A DNA stretch of 64,000 nucleotides from Rhodoferax sp. (lineage in GTDB: Bacteria; Pseudomonadota; Gammaproteobacteria; Burkholderiales; Burkholderiaceae_C): positions 12,921-76,920 of the forward strand of contig JARLJI010000193.1 of the NCBI GenBank assembly GCA_031291295.1, given 5' to 3'. Every line of letters begins with the position of its first letter. Position 1 is the first letter of the stretch. Position numbers and translations under genes: made by a program. A model generated the notes under the pieces. The model ran no database searches. It saw nothing but the letters and a program-made list of their open reading frames with translations, and was not told where the DNA came from. This document shows positions 36,916 to 46,805 of this stretch, one piece after another.

Positions 36916-38574
36916 TCAGTCCTTGGCGTAAATATTCACGTCCTTGGTTTCCTTGATGAACAAGGTGCCAACCACCAGCGTGACGGCCGCAATGATGATC
37001 GGGTACCACAGGCCGTTGTACATGTTGCCGGTCTGGGCCACGATGGCGAAGGCCGTGGTGGGCAGCAGGCCGCCGAACCAGCCGTTGCCGATGTGGTAGG
37101 GCAGACTCATGGAGGTGTAGCGGATGCGGGTCGGGAACATTTCGACCAGCATGGCGGCAATCGGGCCGTAGACCATGGTCACCAACAGCACCAGATAGCT
37201 CAGGATGACCACGATCATGACCTTGTCCATCTTCTCCGGATCCGCCTTGGTGGGATAGCCCGCCGCCTTCAGGTCGTCCGCCACCAGTTTCTTGAACTCG
37301 GCGTCCTTCTTCTTGGCCTCGTCGGGCGCCAGGCCTCTGGAGGTGTAGCTCGGGATCACGGTCTCGCCAATCTTGATGGTGGCCGGCGTGCCGGCTGCGG
37401 CCGGGGCGGTGTCGTAGCTCACCGACGCGCCTGCCAGCACCTGCTTGGCAATGTCGCACGAACTGGTGAACTTGACGGTGCCGGTCGGGTTGAACTGGAA
37501 CGAGCATTCATTCGGGTCCGCCGTCACCACCACCTGGTTCTTGGCCTGCGCGGCCGCCAGATCGGGGTTGGCGGCCCGGGTCAGCGCCGAGAACACCGGG
37601 AAGTAGGTCAGCACCGCCAGCAGGCAGCCCGCCATGATGATGGGCTTGCGGCCGATCTTGTCGGACAGCGCACCGAACACGATGAAGAACGGCGTGCCGA
37701 TCACCAGGGACAGGGCCACCATCACATTCGCGGTCGGGCCGTCGACCTTGAGCGCCTGCGTCAGGAAAAACAGTGCGTAGAACTGGCCCGTGTACCAGAC
37801 CACCGCCTGGCCCGCGGTCAGGCCGACCAGCGCGAGGATCACGATCTTCAGGTTCTTCCACTGGCCGAACGATTCGGACAGCGGCGCCTTGGAGGTCCTG
37901 CCTTCGGCCTTCATTTTGGTGAAGGCCGGCGACTCGTTCATGCTCAGGCGGATATACACCGAGACCCCGAGCAGAAGGATCGACGCAATGAACGGCACAC
38001 GCCAGCCCCACTCGGCAAAGGCGACCGGGCCGAGGATGGTCTGGGTTGCCAGAATCACCATCAGGCTCAGGAACAGGCCCAGGGTGGCGGTGGTCTGGAT
38101 CCAGGCGGTGTAGGCGCCACGCTTGTTTTGCGGCGAATGCTCGGCCACGTAGGTCGCGGCACCGCCGTATTCACCCCCGAGGGCCAGGCCCTGCAGCAGG
38201 CGCAGCCCGATCAGGATCACCGGTGCGGCCACGCCGATACTGGCGTAACCGGGAAGAATGCCCACGATGAAGGTGGACGAACCCATGATCAGGATCGTCA
38301 CCAGGAAGGTGTACTTGCGACCGATCATGTCCCCCAGCCGGCCAAAAAAGAGCGCGCCGAACGGGCGCACGATGAAACCGGCCGCGAACGCCAGCAGCGA
38401 GAAGATGAGCTGCGAGCTGGGGTCCAGGTTGGAGAAGAACTGCTTGCCGATGATGACGGCCAGGGTGCCATACAGATAAAAGTCGTACCACTCGAAAACG
38501 GTGCCCAGCGACGAGGCGAAGATCACTTTTCGCTCTTCGGGCGTCATGGGCTTGGAAGCCGCTGCTGTAACCAT
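36916..38574 (-). CDS. MFS transporter, metabolite:H+ symporter (MHS) family
   Basis: ASSLGTVFEWYDF, RPFGA..FGRLGD.IGRK, LALGGEYGG, WGWRVPF, ESP, E.FPTRIR. Confidence 0.92.
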   Translation of the reverse strand: MVTAAASKPMTPEERKVIFASSLGTVFEWYDFYLYGTLAVIIGKQFFSNLDPSSQLIFSLLAFAAGFIVRPFGALFFGRLGDMIGRKYTFLVTILIMGSSTFIVGILPGYASIGVAAPVILIGLRLLQGLALGGEYGGAATYVAEHSPQNKRGAYTAWIQTTATLGLFLSLMVILATQTILGPVAFAEWGWRVPFIASILLLGVSVYIRLSMNESPAFTKMKAEGRTSKAPLSESFGQWKNLKIVILALVGLTAGQAVVWYTGQFYALFFLTQALKVDGPTANVMVALSLVIGTPFFIVFGALSDKIGRKPIIMAGCLLAVLTYFPVFSALTRAANPDLAAAQAKNQVVVTADPNECSFQFNPTGTVKFTSSCDIAKQVLAGASVSYDTAPAAAGTPATIKIGETVIPSYTSRGLAPDEAKKKDAEFKKLVADDLKAAGYPTKADPEKMDKVMIVVILSYLVLLVTMVYGPIAAMLVEMFPTRIRYTSMSLPYHIGNGWFGGLLPTTAFAIVAQTGNMYNGLWYPIIIAAVTLVVGTLFIKETKDVNIYAKD

Positions 38575-38936
38575 AAATTTGTCTCCTTTAATTTGTAACA
38601 AAAACCTACCGAATCCAGCGATCCACTATCCGGCAGATGTCTGACGAGGGTCTGACGTTCGTCTTACAACTCCTTACTGCAAACTTGTGACTCGCTTACG
38701 GCCTCGGTAGTAACCCGCGGCTGCGGTTTTTCAATGTGGAATGCGGCGGGTTTTCTCTGCGCGGCGGAGCGCCGGAGTTCACCGCACCCGGCGCATTTTC
38801 AAGGCCGCTTCTTTGGGCAAGGCAGGCCATGCACCGCGCCGCGTAAGGCATTGGTCAGTCGCGTTTGCAGTAATCCACCCGGCCGTGGGGATTTCCCCAT
38901 CGCATGGGATTTCAATCAACCCTGAAGGAAACAGTC

Positions 38937-39245
38937 ATGGATGACCCGGTGGTAGCCAAGATACAGCGCAATCCGAAATACGTGGAGCTGCGCCAAAAGC
39001 GCAACCGGATCGGCGTCGTGCTGACGGTGCTGATGCTGCTCGTGTATTACGGCTACATCGCGCTGATCGCATTTGACAAGGCGTTTCTGGCGCAGCCCGT
39101 TGGCGCCGGCGTCACCACGTTGGGCATCCCCATCGGGTTGGGCGTGATCATCTTCACCATCGTCATCACCGGCATCTATGTGCGTCGCGCCAACAGCGAA
39201 TTCGATGCCCTGACCAAAGACATCCTGAACGAGGCCTCGAAATGA
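38937..39245 (+). CDS. DUF485 (YjcH-like) small membrane protein
   Basis: Two TM segments, [10 protein letters not shown], directly upstream of actP. Confidence 0.88.
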   Translation: MDDPVVAKIQRNPKYVELRQKRNRIGVVLTVLMLLVYYGYIALIAFDKAFLAQPVGAGVTTLGIPIGLGVIIFTIVITGIYVRRANSEFDALTKDILNEASK

Positions 39246-40966
39246 ATTCGAACAAGAAATACCTCGCGCTGCTGGCCGTGCTGGCTGCGGGTGGCGCGCA
39301 CGCCGCCGGCCCCGACCTGGGCCAGGTGGCCAAGCAGGCCACGAACTGGACGGCCATCGCGATGTTCGCCGGCTTTGTGCTGCTGACCCTGTGGATCACC
39401 AAATGGGCCGCTTCCAGGACGCGCTCGGCGGCAGACTTCTACACCGCTGGCGGAGGCATCACGGGCTTCCAGAACGGGCTCGCGATCGCCGGAGACTACA
39501 TGTCGGCTGCCTCCTTCCTGGGCATCTCGGCCGCGGTCATGGCCACGGGTTACGACGGCCTGATCTATTCGATCGGTTTCCTGGTCGGCTGGCCGATGAT
39601 CACATTCCTGATGGCCGAGCGCCTGCGCAACCTGGGCAAGTTCACCTTTGCCGACGTGGCGGGCTACCGCTTCCAGCAAGGGCCCATCCGCGCCTTCGCG
39701 GCGGCGGGCACGCTGGTGGTGGTGGCGTTCTACCTGATCGCGCAAATGGTCGGCGCCGGCCAGCTCATCAAGCTGCTGTTCGGCCTGGAATACTGGATGG
39801 CGGTCGTCATCGTCGGCGGGCTGATGATGGTGTACGTGCTGTTTGGCGGCATGACGGCCACCACCTGGGTGCAGATCATCAAGGCCTGCCTGCTGCTGGC
39901 GGGCGTGACCTTCATGGCCTTCATGGTGCTGGCGCAGTACGGCTTCAGCCCCGAGGCGCTGTTTGCCAAGGGCGTGGAAGTGCGCGCCGCCATTGCCGCC
40001 AACAGCGGCAAGACGCCCGAAGAGGCGGCCAAGGCGGGGCTGTCCATCATGGGCCCGGGCGGGTTCATCAAGGACCCGATCTCGGCCATCTCGTTCGGCA
40101 TGGCGCTGATGTTCGGTACCGCCGGCCTGCCGCACATCCTGATGCGCTTCTTCACGGTGCCCGATGCCAAGCAGGCACGCAAGTCGGTCTTCTGGGCCAC
40201 CACCTGGATCGGCTATTTCTACGTGCTGATCTTCATCATCGGCTTCGGCGCCATCACCATGGTGCTGACCAACCCGGAGTACGCGGACGTCGCCAAGGGC
40301 ATCATCCACGGCGGTGCCGGCACAGCCAACATGGCCGCGGTGCTGGTGGCCAAGTCGGTCGGCGGTAACGTGTTCTACGGCTTCATCTCGGCGGTGGCGT
40401 TCGCGACCATCCTGGCCGTGGTGGCGGGGCTCACCCTGTCGGGCGCCTCGGCCGTGTCGCACGACCTGTACGCCACCGTGTTCAAGAAGGGCAAGGCCGA
40501 CAGCGCCGCCGAACTCAAGGTGTCGCGCATCACCACGGTCGTGCTGGGGATCGTTGCGGTGCTGCTGGGCATCACCTTCGAAAAGCAGAACATCGCGTTC
40601 ATGGTGTCGCTGGCCTTCGCCGTTGCGGCCTCGGCCAACTTCCCGGTGCTGTTCCTGTCGGTGCTGTGGAAAGACTGCACCACGCGCGGCGCCGTGATCG
40701 GCGGCTTTCTGGGGCTGATCTCGTCGGTGGGCCTGACCATCGTGTCGCCCTCGGTATGGGAAGCCACGCTGGGCCACCCGGCTGGCTCAGCCTGGTTCCC
40801 GTACACCTCGCCGGCGTTGTTCTCGATGACCATCGGCTTTGTCGGCATCTGGTTGTTCTCCATCACCGATCGCAGCGCCAGTGCGGCGCGCGAGCGTGCC
40901 GCATTCCCGGCGCAGCAGGTCCGCTCGGAAACCGGCTTCGGCGCCTCGGGCGCGTCAGGCCACTAA
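39242..40966 (+). CDS. actP: Cation/acetate symporter
   Basis: [59 protein letters not shown]. Confidence 0.93.
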   Translation: MNSNKKYLALLAVLAAGGAHAAGPDLGQVAKQATNWTAIAMFAGFVLLTLWITKWAASRTRSAADFYTAGGGITGFQNGLAIAGDYMSAASFLGISAAVMATGYDGLIYSIGFLVGWPMITFLMAERLRNLGKFTFADVAGYRFQQGPIRAFAAAGTLVVVAFYLIAQMVGAGQLIKLLFGLEYWMAVVIVGGLMMVYVLFGGMTATTWVQIIKACLLLAGVTFMAFMVLAQYGFSPEALFAKGVEVRAAIAANSGKTPEEAAKAGLSIMGPGGFIKDPISAISFGMALMFGTAGLPHILMRFFTVPDAKQARKSVFWATTWIGYFYVLIFIIGFGAITMVLTNPEYADVAKGIIHGGAGTANMAAVLVAKSVGGNVFYGFISAVAFATILAVVAGLTLSGASAVSHDLYATVFKKGKADSAAELKVSRITTVVLGIVAVLLGITFEKQNIAFMVSLAFAVAASANFPVLFLSVLWKDCTTRGAVIGGFLGLISSVGLTIVSPSVWEATLGHPAGSAWFPYTSPALFSMTIGFVGIWLFSITDRSASAARERAAFPAQQVRSETGFGASGASGH

Positions 40967-40993
40967 GACAGACGCCGGCCCTGCGCGGCGGTG

Positions 40994-41653
40994 TCATCCG
41001 CCGCGCAGCTGCCTCAGCTTGATGAACGCCAGCGCCGCCATCACGGCATCGTTGACCGCATCGTGGGCTTCGCGCTGCGGCAGACCCAGGTCGTCCATGA
41101 GCGTGGCAAAGCGCAGGTCGATATCGGCGTTGACCTGCTGCTGGTAGGGTGGCAACTGTTTGAACTTGTAATCGTAGTACAGCGCCGAGACTTCGATCCT
41201 GGGCTGCGGCAGGCCCACGCCCAGCAGGGGCCGGATGGCGCGATTCAGCATCGCCACGTCGAACTCCAGGTAGTAGCCCACCAGCGGCCGGCTGCCGATG
41301 AAATGCATCAACTGCGCCATCGCCTCTGCGATCGGCAGACCCTGCGCCACGTCGCGTTCGCGCAGGCGATGAATGCGCACGCTTTCGGCCGCGATGCCCT
41401 TGTCCGGCCGCACCAGCAGCGCCAGCCGCTCGCTGGTCATGATGCGGTTGCCCACGATGCGCACCGCGCCGACCGAGATGATTTTGTCGCTGCGCACATT
41501 CAGGCCGGTGGTCTCGCAGTCCAGCGCCACCCACTCATTGGGCGGCGGCGGATCGAACATGAACCGGTAAGCCGGGTCGCGCAGGTGGTTCAGACGCCAT
41601 TCACGCCGCATTGCGGCGACAACTGCCCTGGGCGAAAAGCGCGCCAGATTCAC
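40994..41653 (-). CDS. DEDDh 3'-5' exonuclease (DnaQ-like)
   Basis: LDCETTG (ExoI), EFDVAML (ExoII), AHDAVND (ExoIII). Confidence 0.9.
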   Translation of the reverse strand: MNLARFSPRAVVAAMRREWRLNHLRDPAYRFMFDPPPPNEWVALDCETTGLNVRSDKIISVGAVRIVGNRIMTSERLALLVRPDKGIAAESVRIHRLRERDVAQGLPIAEAMAQLMHFIGSRPLVGYYLEFDVAMLNRAIRPLLGVGLPQPRIEVSALYYDYKFKQLPPYQQQVNADIDLRFATLMDDLGLPQREAHDAVNDAVMAALAFIKLRQLRGG

Positions 41654-43464
41654 AGGGCATCGAGCCGAAATCGGTGGCGCAGCAGCGCCTTGAAGCGCTT
41701 GACCACGCCCAGCGTGTCCTTGAGCAGGTCACGCTCCAGGCTGCCAAGGCGTTCCGGCGCAAGGCCTCCGCTCACGGCCCGGCCGGCGTCCAGTTCGGCC
41801 AGCCCGGCCTTCAGGCGCAGCCCCATGAGCACGTGAAGGCTTTGCGTGAGTTCCTCGCCCAGGGTCGCGTCCATCGTTGCGTCGGCCACCAGCGCCTCGA
41901 TACGGGCCACTGTGCCGGTCGGCGCCACATGGCGCGCCAGCGCCAGACTGCGTACCCCGTGCACGATCGGAAAAATGCCTTCCTTCTTCAGGTCGAGCAG
42001 GCGCTGCGCTTGTCCAAGCGGCAGCAACCGGTCCCACCAGGGCGAGGGACTGCCAAACGCTTCAATGACCGCCGCGAAGCGCCCGAGCACGGCGTCGTTG
42101 TCGGTGGCGAGCGCCATGAGGCCGCGGCGCACGCCCTCCAGCAGAGTCGCGTCGCCTGCCACGGCATGCGCATCCATGAAGATCGCCAGGTACATCAGGC
42201 TGTCCGCCTCTGGCATCAGCAGCCATTGCCGGACCTTCTGGCCGAACGCGCTGGCGCTGCCGCGCCAGGCCGGGTTGCTGAGCATGATGTGACCGGGGCA
42301 TTCGGGATAGCCAAAACGGCTCAGCGCCTGCGAGAAGCGCTGGCAAATGGCGTCCAGCTCGTCGGGGGCGGTGTAGCCATCGCGCAGCAGCAGGCCATTG
42401 TCCTGATCGGTCTTGAGCAGTTGCTCACCACGCCCTTCACTGCCCATGACGAACAGGCAGCTGTTGGTCACCAGTTCTGCCGGTGCGATCATCTGCCAGG
42501 CGCGCTCGAACAGGCGCGCGTTCAGTTGCTGCACCAGCTTGGCCATGAGGCCGATGCGCGTGCCGTTGCGCTGCAGCAGCGAGATCAGGCGCGTGATCTG
42601 CAGGGCCGCCTGCGCCAGTGCGTCGAGATCGGGCGCCTGCTCGATCTGCACCGTGATCAGGTGCGAATGATTCGCCAGGAAGCTGAACACATCCAGCGCT
42701 TCCAGAATACCCCGCACTTCGTCACCCTCGGCCACGACGAGCCGGTGCACCCGGCAGCGCAGCAACAGCGCCATGGCCTCGCCGAGCTGGTCGGACGGGC
42801 GCACGGTGACGACCGGGCTGCTCGCCAGTTCGCCCACCGTCAGCTGATTCAGCGGACGGCCATCCAGGATCGCGCGCTGCAGTCCCGTCGTGGTGAAGAT
42901 GCCGAGTCCGCCCGGCAGGCCGCGCACCAGCACATTGGAGGTGCGCTGCGCCTGGAACAGTTGCACGACCGACAGGACATCGGTCTGCGCATCGACCATA
43001 TGGGCGGGGCGCAGATACGCCTCGTCCACCCGCGCCAGCGTCAGGGATTGCAGCTCGCGCTGCTCCTGCCGCTGCGACAGCGCACTGAGCTTGTGGCCCA
43101 GGTCCGAGAACAGCAGCGCACCAAAGGTGGCGTTCGAGGCAATCAACGCCTTGACGGTCGCTTTGGCCAACTGGTAGGCCACCACTTCCTCGGCCGCCAC
43201 AAAGCGGCTGCTGACGCGCCCGGCCACCAGCCCGCGGCCATCGAAGCTGTCGTCCGGGCCGTAGCTGGCGACCACCTCGCCGTCTTCGCTCTGGGTGACT
43301 TCCCCCTTGATGACAACGTACAGGTGCGTGGGCTCGGCGCCGACCTCCAGTACCACCTCGCCTTCGCGGAAATAGGCGATGTCGACGTGGCGCCGAACCT
43401 GCTCCTGTTCCGCCGGACTCAGGCAGTCGAACGGCGAAGCGGCAAAATTGAAGGCACTGGGCAT
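41650..43464 (-). CDS. cNMP-binding/CBS/DUF294 nucleotidyltransferase-like protein
   Basis: N-terminal cNMP-like domain, CBS pair, MGSEGRGEQ...TDQDN NTase motif, GYPECPG..M.SNP.W, DLKKEG.FP.VHG. Confidence 0.9.
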   Translation of the reverse strand: MPSAFNFAASPFDCLSPAEQEQVRRHVDIAYFREGEVVLEVGAEPTHLYVVIKGEVTQSEDGEVVASYGPDDSFDGRGLVAGRVSSRFVAAEEVVAYQLAKATVKALIASNATFGALLFSDLGHKLSALSQRQEQRELQSLTLARVDEAYLRPAHMVDAQTDVLSVVQLFQAQRTSNVLVRGLPGGLGIFTTTGLQRAILDGRPLNQLTVGELASSPVVTVRPSDQLGEAMALLLRCRVHRLVVAEGDEVRGILEALDVFSFLANHSHLITVQIEQAPDLDALAQAALQITRLISLLQRNGTRIGLMAKLVQQLNARLFERAWQMIAPAELVTNSCLFVMGSEGRGEQLLKTDQDNGLLLRDGYTAPDELDAICQRFSQALSRFGYPECPGHIMLSNPAWRGSASAFGQKVRQWLLMPEADSLMYLAIFMDAHAVAGDATLLEGVRRGLMALATDNDAVLGRFAAVIEAFGSPSPWWDRLLPLGQAQRLLDLKKEGIFPIVHGVRSLALARHVAPTGTVARIEALVADATMDATLGEELTQSLHVLMGLRLKAGLAELDAGRAVSGGLAPERLGSLERDLLKDTLGVVKRFKALLRHRFRLDAL

Positions 43465-43501
43465 GGCGGTGGCGTGAAGTTCGTGGGAGGCGGCCCCCGA
43501 T

Positions 43502-44137
43502 TCAACGCCGCACGCCTTGCGCCACCCTTGCAGCCACGTCCCAGGCCGTACCGTCAAACCATGGATCGCCTTCGCAGTAGGCGCGCAGCATGGGCAGTGC
43601 GTCGAAACCCCAGAACAGCTTGTCGTCCACCGCAAAGGTGGGCACGCCAAACACGCCCGCGGCAATCGCCTCTTCAGTTTGGGCCTTGAGCTGCGCCTTG
43701 ACCTCGTCGCCGTGCATGTCGCGCGCGGGCGCCAGCTGCGCCGCCAGCGCCTGCAGCCGCACCGGGTCGGCTGCCTCGGCGCCGCCGCGCCAGACGTGGC
43801 GAAACACGGTCTCGCAGACATAGCGGTTGGGCGTGCCCTGCGCATTGCAGGCCACGGCCAGCCGCAACAGGGCCAGCGGGTTGAAGGGATGCGCTGCCGG
43901 CAGCTGCATCTCGATGCCGTGCTGCTGCGCCAGCCACAGCACCTGGCGGTAGGTCCAGTCGCGCTTGGGGGCAATCTCGGCGGGACCGAGCTGCCCATGG
44001 TGCTTGAGCAGCCCCGCGAACAGCAGCGGCTTGTGCGTCACGCTGTAGCTCAGGCCCAGCAGGGCTTCGGGCAGCTGTTCGAACGCGAGGTAGGCGTACG
44101 GCGAAATGAAATCGAGGTAGAAGGTGATGTGCTTCAT
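43502..44137 (-). CDS. 2-hydroxychromene-2-carboxylate isomerase / DsbA-like (kappa-GST) protein
   Basis: FYLDFISPYAYL, HPFNP, GVFGVPTF..D..LFWG.D. Confidence 0.88.
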   Translation of the reverse strand: MKHITFYLDFISPYAYLAFEQLPEALLGLSYSVTHKPLLFAGLLKHHGQLGPAEIAPKRDWTYRQVLWLAQQHGIEMQLPAAHPFNPLALLRLAVACNAQGTPNRYVCETVFRHVWRGGAEAADPVRLQALAAQLAPARDMHGDEVKAQLKAQTEEAIAAGVFGVPTFAVDDKLFWGFDALPMLRAYCEGDPWFDGTAWDVAARVAQGVRR

Positions 44138-44379
44138 GGCGATGCCGGCGTCGTTGTGGGTTCTGCCGCAGCGCGCTGCTCGATCAGGGCCCAGATGGCG
44201 CGCTTGTCGGCGTCGCTCATGCGGCTCCAGCGCCCGATCTCGTCGAGCGTGCGAAAGCAGCCCTCGCACCAGCCGCCGGCCTCGCTCATGCGGCACACCG
44301 AAATGCAGGGTGAGGGAACATTTTCGGCTGTAGCCCTTTCCACACCAGCATGATGAGCTATCGAATCAATAGCATTCAT
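44134..44379 (-). CDS. DUF1289 domain protein
   Basis: VPSPCISVCRM...CEGCFRTLDEI..W. ATGA overlaps on both sides. Confidence 0.85.
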   Translation of the reverse strand: MNAIDSIAHHAGVERATAENVPSPCISVCRMSEAGGWCEGCFRTLDEIGRWSRMSDADKRAIWALIEQRAAAEPTTTPASP

Positions 44380-44900
44380 GCGATTTTGACGGCCTGCGCC
44401 ACATCGGCCACAGGTGCGCCGGTGAGCCGCTGCAGGTCGTGCGGGCTGAGTTTGAAGACGCCGTGCGGATGGCCCGCCGCGGCCCAGATTTCCGCGAAGC
44501 GGAACAGCTCCTGGTCGATCAGCGTGACGGGCGTCGTGGCATGCGCCAGCGGCGACACGCCGCCGATCGAAAAGCCGGTGCGGGCCTTGACAAACTCCGC
44601 GTCGGCGCGTCCCAGCTTGCCGCCGCCCGCGCACACCAGGGCCGCCACCTTCTTCTCGTCCACGCGCCGGTCGCCCGAGGTCACCACCAGCACGGCCGCG
44701 TCGTCCGGGGTGCGGCGAAACACGATGCTCTTGGCAATCTGTCCCACGGCGATGCCCAGCGCATCGGCCGCCTGCTGCGCGGTGCGCGCGGCATCGTCGA
44801 GCATCACGGGTGCATGCGGGTGGCCCTGCGCGTGCAAGGCGGCCGCCACACGCTGCACGCCCTCTGGAAGGACGGAGGCGGGAGCGGGAGTCATGTTCAT
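44376..44900 (-). CDS. YbaK/EbsC family aminoacyl-tRNA deacylase-like protein
   Basis: RTAQQAA, QIAKSIVF, TGFSIGGVSP, WAAAG. Confidence 0.88.
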   Translation of the reverse strand: MNMTPAPASVLPEGVQRVAAALHAQGHPHAPVMLDDAARTAQQAADALGIAVGQIAKSIVFRRTPDDAAVLVVTSGDRRVDEKKVAALVCAGGGKLGRADAEFVKARTGFSIGGVSPLAHATTPVTLIDQELFRFAEIWAAAGHPHGVFKLSPHDLQRLTGAPVADVAQAVKIA

Positions 44901-44902
44901 GA

Positions 44903-45823
44903 CTAGCCCGCCCGCTTGGCCAGGATGGCCGCGGCTGCGCGCGAGTTCGGCTTGCGCTCCAGATGGTCGCTGATGAATTTGCCAGCGTCGATCAGTTTGT
45001 CCAGATCGATGCCGGTCTCGATCCCCATGCCGGCCAGCAGATACACCACGTCTTCCGAGGCCACGTTGCCGGTCGCACCCTTGGCGTAGGGGCAGCCGCC
45101 CAGGCCCGCCACCGAGGTGTCGAACTGCCACACGCCCATCTCCAGGCTGGCCAGCGTGTTGGCCAGCGCCTGGCCGTAGGTGTCGTGGAAGTGGCCCGAC
45201 ACGTCGTCGATGTCGTAGTGCGTCAAAGTCGCCTCCATGGCGCGCCGCACCTTGAGCGGCGTGCCCACGCCAATGGTGTCGGCCACGCCGATGTGCTGCA
45301 CGCCGATGCCTTTCATGAGCCCGGCCAGCATGCCGACCCGCTCGGGCGCGATCTCGCCCTCGTAGGGGCAGCCCACGGTGCACGACATGGCGCCGCGCAC
45401 GTGGATGCCGTGGGTGCGCGCCGCCTCGACCACCGGGCGAAAGCGCTCGATGCTCTCGGCGATCGAGCAGTTGATGTTGCGCTGGCTGAACGCCTCGCTG
45501 GCGGCACCGAACACCACGATCTCGTCCGGCCACTCGGCGCGCGGCGCGGCAATTGCCGCCTCGAAGCCCTTCATGTTGGGCGTCAGCACCGAGTAGCGCA
45601 CACCCGGCTGGCGCCGGATGCCGTGCATGACCTCACTCGCGTCAGCCATCTGCGGCACCCATTTGGGGCTGACGAAGCTGGTGACCTCGATCTCTTTCAG
45701 GCCGGCGTCCTGCAGGCGCTGCACCAGCTCGATCTTGACCGCGGCCGGCACCATCTGCTTTTCGTTTTGCAGGCCGTCGCGCGGGCCCACATCGACGAGT
45801 TTGACTTTGCTGGGAAGGCTCAT
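44903..45823 (-). CDS. liuE: Hydroxymethylglutaryl-CoA lyase
   Basis: VGPRDGLQNE, TSFVSPKWVPQM, ADTIGVG, HFHDTYG, GLGGCPYA.GATGN. Confidence 0.93.
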   Translation of the reverse strand: MSLPSKVKLVDVGPRDGLQNEKQMVPAAVKIELVQRLQDAGLKEIEVTSFVSPKWVPQMADASEVMHGIRRQPGVRYSVLTPNMKGFEAAIAAPRAEWPDEIVVFGAASEAFSQRNINCSIAESIERFRPVVEAARTHGIHVRGAMSCTVGCPYEGEIAPERVGMLAGLMKGIGVQHIGVADTIGVGTPLKVRRAMEATLTHYDIDDVSGHFHDTYGQALANTLASLEMGVWQFDTSVAGLGGCPYAKGATGNVASEDVVYLLAGMGIETGIDLDKLIDAGKFISDHLERKPNSRAAAAILAKRAG

Positions 45824-45849
45824 GTTCTGACTCCAGGAGATGTTGACAC

Positions 45850-46791
45850 TCAGTATCCGCGTTGCCCGTCGACCACGCCCGCCAGCGCGCTAAAGTCCGC
45901 ACCGGCCTCGAGGGCCCGGATCTTGGCGGCGATCTGCGCCACCGATTCCTCGCGCTGCGTGCGCGCCGAGGCATGCGGCGTCACCGTGATCTTCGGATGC
46001 CGCCAGAACGGGTGCGCGGGCCCGAGCGGCTCCGACGCGAACACGTCGAGCGTCGCGCCCGCGAGCTGGCCAGCGTCGAGCAGCGGGATCAGGTCGTCTT
46101 CGACCAGGTGCGCGCCGCGCGCCACGTTGATGAGGTAGCCGCCGGGGCGCCCGCCGTTCAGCCGGCCCAGCGTGCCTGCGCGCAGGATGCCGCGCGTCTC
46201 GCCGGTCAGCGGCAACAGGCACACCAGCACGCGGCTGGCCGCGAGAAATGCGTCAAGCCCATGCGCGCCGTCAAAACACTGGATGCCGTCGATCTGCTTG
46301 GGCGAGCGGCTCCAGCCCAGCACCGGAAACTCGAACTGCGCAATGGCCTTGCCGACGCGCTCGCCGAGCACACCCAGGCCCATGACGCCGACCGGAAAAT
46401 CGCGGCGCGCACGCGGGCGGCGGTAGCTCCAGATGCCTTCGCGTGCGTCGGCCTCATAAGCATCGAACTCGCGGAAATGGCGGATCAGCGCATGGCAGAC
46501 GTACTCAGCCATCTGCACTGACATGCCCGCGTCGTCGAGCCGCACGATGCGCGTGTGCGGCGGCAGTTTGAGCTTGAGCAGCGCGTCGACGCCGGCCCCG
46601 ATATTGAACAGGCCGCGCAGCCGCTGCTGCTCGTCCAGGAATTCCTGTGGCGGCGCCCACACCACCGCATGGTCGGCCAGCGCGGCGCCGGGCGTCCAGG
46701 CTTCGACCTCGGCCTGCGGCAGCTCGGCGCGCAGGCCTTCGACCCAAGGTTCGGGACGGTTGTTGTCGGTGAGGCAGACGGTGATTCGCAT
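45850..46791 (-). CDS. ghrA: D-2-hydroxyacid dehydrogenase (glyoxylate/hydroxypyruvate reductase A-like)
   Basis: GAGVD, QMAEY, GLGVLG, LPLT, INVARG, LDVF..EPL, TPH. Confidence 0.85.
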   Translation of the reverse strand: MRITVCLTDNNRPEPWVEGLRAELPQAEVEAWTPGAALADHAVVWAPPQEFLDEQQRLRGLFNIGAGVDALLKLKLPPHTRIVRLDDAGMSVQMAEYVCHALIRHFREFDAYEADAREGIWSYRRPRARRDFPVGVMGLGVLGERVGKAIAQFEFPVLGWSRSPKQIDGIQCFDGAHGLDAFLAASRVLVCLLPLTGETRGILRAGTLGRLNGGRPGGYLINVARGAHLVEDDLIPLLDAGQLAGATLDVFASEPLGPAHPFWRHPKITVTPHASARTQREESVAQIAAKIRALEAGADFSALAGVVDGQRGY

Positions 46792-46805
46792 CGGCACCAG
46801 TTTAA

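Noticed and set aside
40994-43464. Nucleotidyltransferase plus nuclease as an anti-phage (CBASS-like) system
   Set aside because: The NTase is DUF294/GlnD-like with cNMP and CBS domains in a housekeeping actP context; no CD-NTase or effector features.
43465-43998. Apparent 782-aa version of the DUF294 protein; likewise extended starts for liuB (53822), the tip gene (27747), cadR (11785) and ybaK (45533)
   Set aside because: Extensions overlap upstream genes in another frame; shorter starts fit domain boundaries and operon coupling.
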